From: Sphyrna mokarran
Taxonomy: Eukaryota
Length of the DNA stretch: 64,000 nucleotides
Assembly (NCBI GenBank): GCA_024679065.1
Contig: JAGIQG010000011.1
Location: 71,300,001-71,364,000, forward strand
Direction of reading: 5' to 3'
The position numbers and the translations under genes are program-made. The notes under the pieces are model-generated. The model had not been told where the DNA came from, made no database searches, and saw only the letters and a list, made by a program, of their open reading frames with translations. Of the stretch, positions 61,870 through 64,000 are shown one piece after another (positions within the stretch are counted from its first letter, which is position 1; each line of letters starts with the position of its first letter).

Positions 61870-62345
61870 CCATAGGTTGGTCAGAATGATCCCTGGACAC
61901 CAAAGGTTAAAATATGAGAAGAGATTACACTAACTAAGGGCATAATCTTTGAAATTTTAAAAATTTAAGTGGTAATTTGATGGAAAGTCTTCAAGATGTT
62001 GTAGGGAAACAGGATAGGTACAGAGAATCTATTTCTGCTGTTAAGGAAGTCTATAACTGGCAGCGCTGTCTCAAAACTACAGTCAGATTTTTCGGGAGCG
62101 AAATTAGGAAACATGTCAACACACATAGGATAATAAAAGTTAGGAACCCTTTTCAGCAAATGGTGACTGATGCTAGATCAATGGTTAATTTTAATTCTAA
62201 GGTTGATTGATTTTTTTTGTGATCCAGCAGTATTAAGGGAAGTAAAGCAAAGGTGATTTCTATGGATTTAGGTTGCAGATCAGCCATTATGTCACTGAAT
62301 AGTGGAATAAGGTTGAGAAGGTACATGTCCTAAGTTGTTCCTGTT
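61870..62345 (+). mobile_element. Old CR1 LINE 3' fragment
   Basis: agaatgatccctgg..ggttaaaatatgagaagagattacac (RMIPG..LxYEERL-like) and EIRKHVNTHRIIKVRNP resembling a decayed FFTQRVVxxWNxLP region. Confidence 0.65.
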
Positions 62346-62878
62346 GGAATTCTGAAGCTTGTGTAATATATTAATATTTTAGATTCACATCACTAATAAA
62401 GGCAGACCATGGGTTCTACTTATGACCTATCTGTTTTGTGAGGTAATGTGCTTCTGGACCGTAAAGTTAATGCAATTGGGTTCAATAGTCAATTAAACAG
62501 AGAAACCTAATTAGTAATCATAGGAAGCCAACTAAACAGCATGGATATAAATTCACCATGGAGCTGCTGACTATCTTGATTAAACTGGGCAATTTTGAGC
62601 ATAGAAGCATGAATCACTCACTTGGATACTATGATACACTCGTGTTTCGCAGCACTGAACAGAAGTGAAGTGGTTCAAATGCATAATTTGAAAATTAATG
62701 TAAATGTGGTGATCCTCATTATAGTATAAGTATAGTCCAGCCTTTTCTGCCAGAAGATGTCTGCTGTCCTCCCAATGCTAAAGCAAAAGTTAGGGTACTA
62801 AAGGAATACTCAATGGGAAAATGGTCTTTTCTTTGCCATAACTTTTCCAATAGCCTCAAATTTATGCTGTTGTTCCAT

Positions 62879-63140
62879 GGTAGCACGGTGGTCAGCATTG
62901 CTGCCTCACAACGCCAAGGACCCAGGTTCGATTCCTGGCTTGGGTCACTGTGTGGGTTTCCTCCAAGTGTTCTGGTTTTTTCCCACTGCCCTAAAGATGT
63001 GCTGGTTACGTGCACTAGCCATGATAAATTCTGCCTCTGTGTACCCGAACAGACGCTGGAGTGTGGCGATTAGGGGATTTTCAGAGTAACTTCATTGCAG
63101 TTTTGACGTAAGCATACTTGTGACACTAATAAACTTTAAA
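62879..63140 (+). mobile_element. V-SINE subtype with alternative 3' tail
   Basis: Head ggtagcacggtggtcagcattgctgcctcac, B box ggttcgattcc, tail aggggattttcagagtaacttcattgcag...cttgtgacactaataaac. Confidence 0.88.
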
Positions 63141-63212
63141 ACTTTCAAGTGACTAAAATGAAATTTTAAAAAAACAGTGTGAATGGTTTCTTCATTCAAA
63201 AACACAGCTGCT

Positions 63213-63487
63213 TCCTGGCTTGGATCACTGTCTGTGTGGAGTTTGCGCATTCTCCTTGTGACTTCATGGGTTTCCTCCAGGTATTCTGGTTTCCTCCCAC
63301 AGTTCAAAGAAGTGCAGGTTAGGTTGATTGGCCATGCTAAAATTGCCCTTTAGTTTCCTGAAATGCATAGATTAGAGAGATTAGTGAGTAGATACGGGAG
63401 TAGGGCCTGGGTGGGATTGTGGTTGGTGCAGACTCGATGGGCCAAATAGCCTCTTTCTGCACTGTCGGATTTCTATGATTCTATGAT
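63213..63487 (+). mobile_element. 5'-truncated HE1-type V-SINE
   Basis: Starts at ttcctggcttggatcactgtctgtgtggagtttgc, includes the V-domain, ends ttctatgattctatga. Confidence 0.9.
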
Positions 63488-64000
63488 ACTATACAAGTGG
63501 TCCTCACAGTGAGAAAATGATCAGAACTGGCCAGAAAGGATGAAGGGTTCATAGACTGAAGTCTGTCACAGATGAAGAGAGATTAGATAACAAAATGCTT
63601 TGGCCTAACCTTTCTGGTAAATTCATTTAAATGTTATGATTATCTTATCGATATGATCTCAGTGCTGACAATGAAAGGCACTTCAACTTTATGTATACTC
63701 TAGTGCACCTAAACTTTCTGACCAATCTAATGTTTTTTCCTTGCAGAGATAATTGTTGGTTTTATAAGTTGAATAAGAATTTGGTTGAAGCATTTTTTCT
63801 TCAGGCACCTGAACATATGGCCCAGATTTTTGTAGTATTGATGATAACAAAAGCCTCTGAAACTGACAGCAAGTTTGAGAGTCTACATACGCACAGATAA
63901 CTTGGAAATCCAGAAGTTTCTGTAAGCAATTTGACACTTCTCCGTTGGGTGCTCTGTTGAAGTCCTTGAAGATTGCCAAAGTTTGTGGTGTTGTGAGGCA

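Noticed and set aside
1-64000. Most short ORFs in the supplied track
   Set aside because: They are 60-149 aa, often start at non-ATG codons, show no recognisable domains except LINE remnants, and overlap SINEs or low-complexity DNA. This is expected by chance in intronic DNA.

Overview
This is eukaryotic, AT-rich, CpG-depleted vertebrate genomic DNA. The repeat content (HE1-type V-SINEs, SacSINE1-like Deu-SINEs, HER1/CR1 LINEs, Penelope-type repeats) points to a cartilaginous fish, most likely a shark. The only convincing host coding sequence is a 106-bp internal exon at 39317-39422 (+). It encodes part of a RhoGAP domain that best matches the penultimate coding exon of ARHGAP15, so the rest of the window is probably its two large flanking introns. 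Nearly all entries in the supplied ORF track are spurious or are transposon debris. Points of interest: (1) at least three families of short Penelope-type elements carrying hammerhead-ribozyme-like cores, including fold-back copies with target-site duplications; (2) a decayed Gypsy LTR retrotransposon with an LTR, a tRNA-Leu PBS, gag remnants, two perfect leader hairpins and nested insertions; (3) several repeat-free blocks that look like conserved noncoding enhancers of the ZEB2 regulatory domain, in which ARHGAP15 is a known bystander gene; (4) a candidate unannotated in-frame exon near the right end. All family assignments are by eye and from memory of consensus sequences; no database searches were run.
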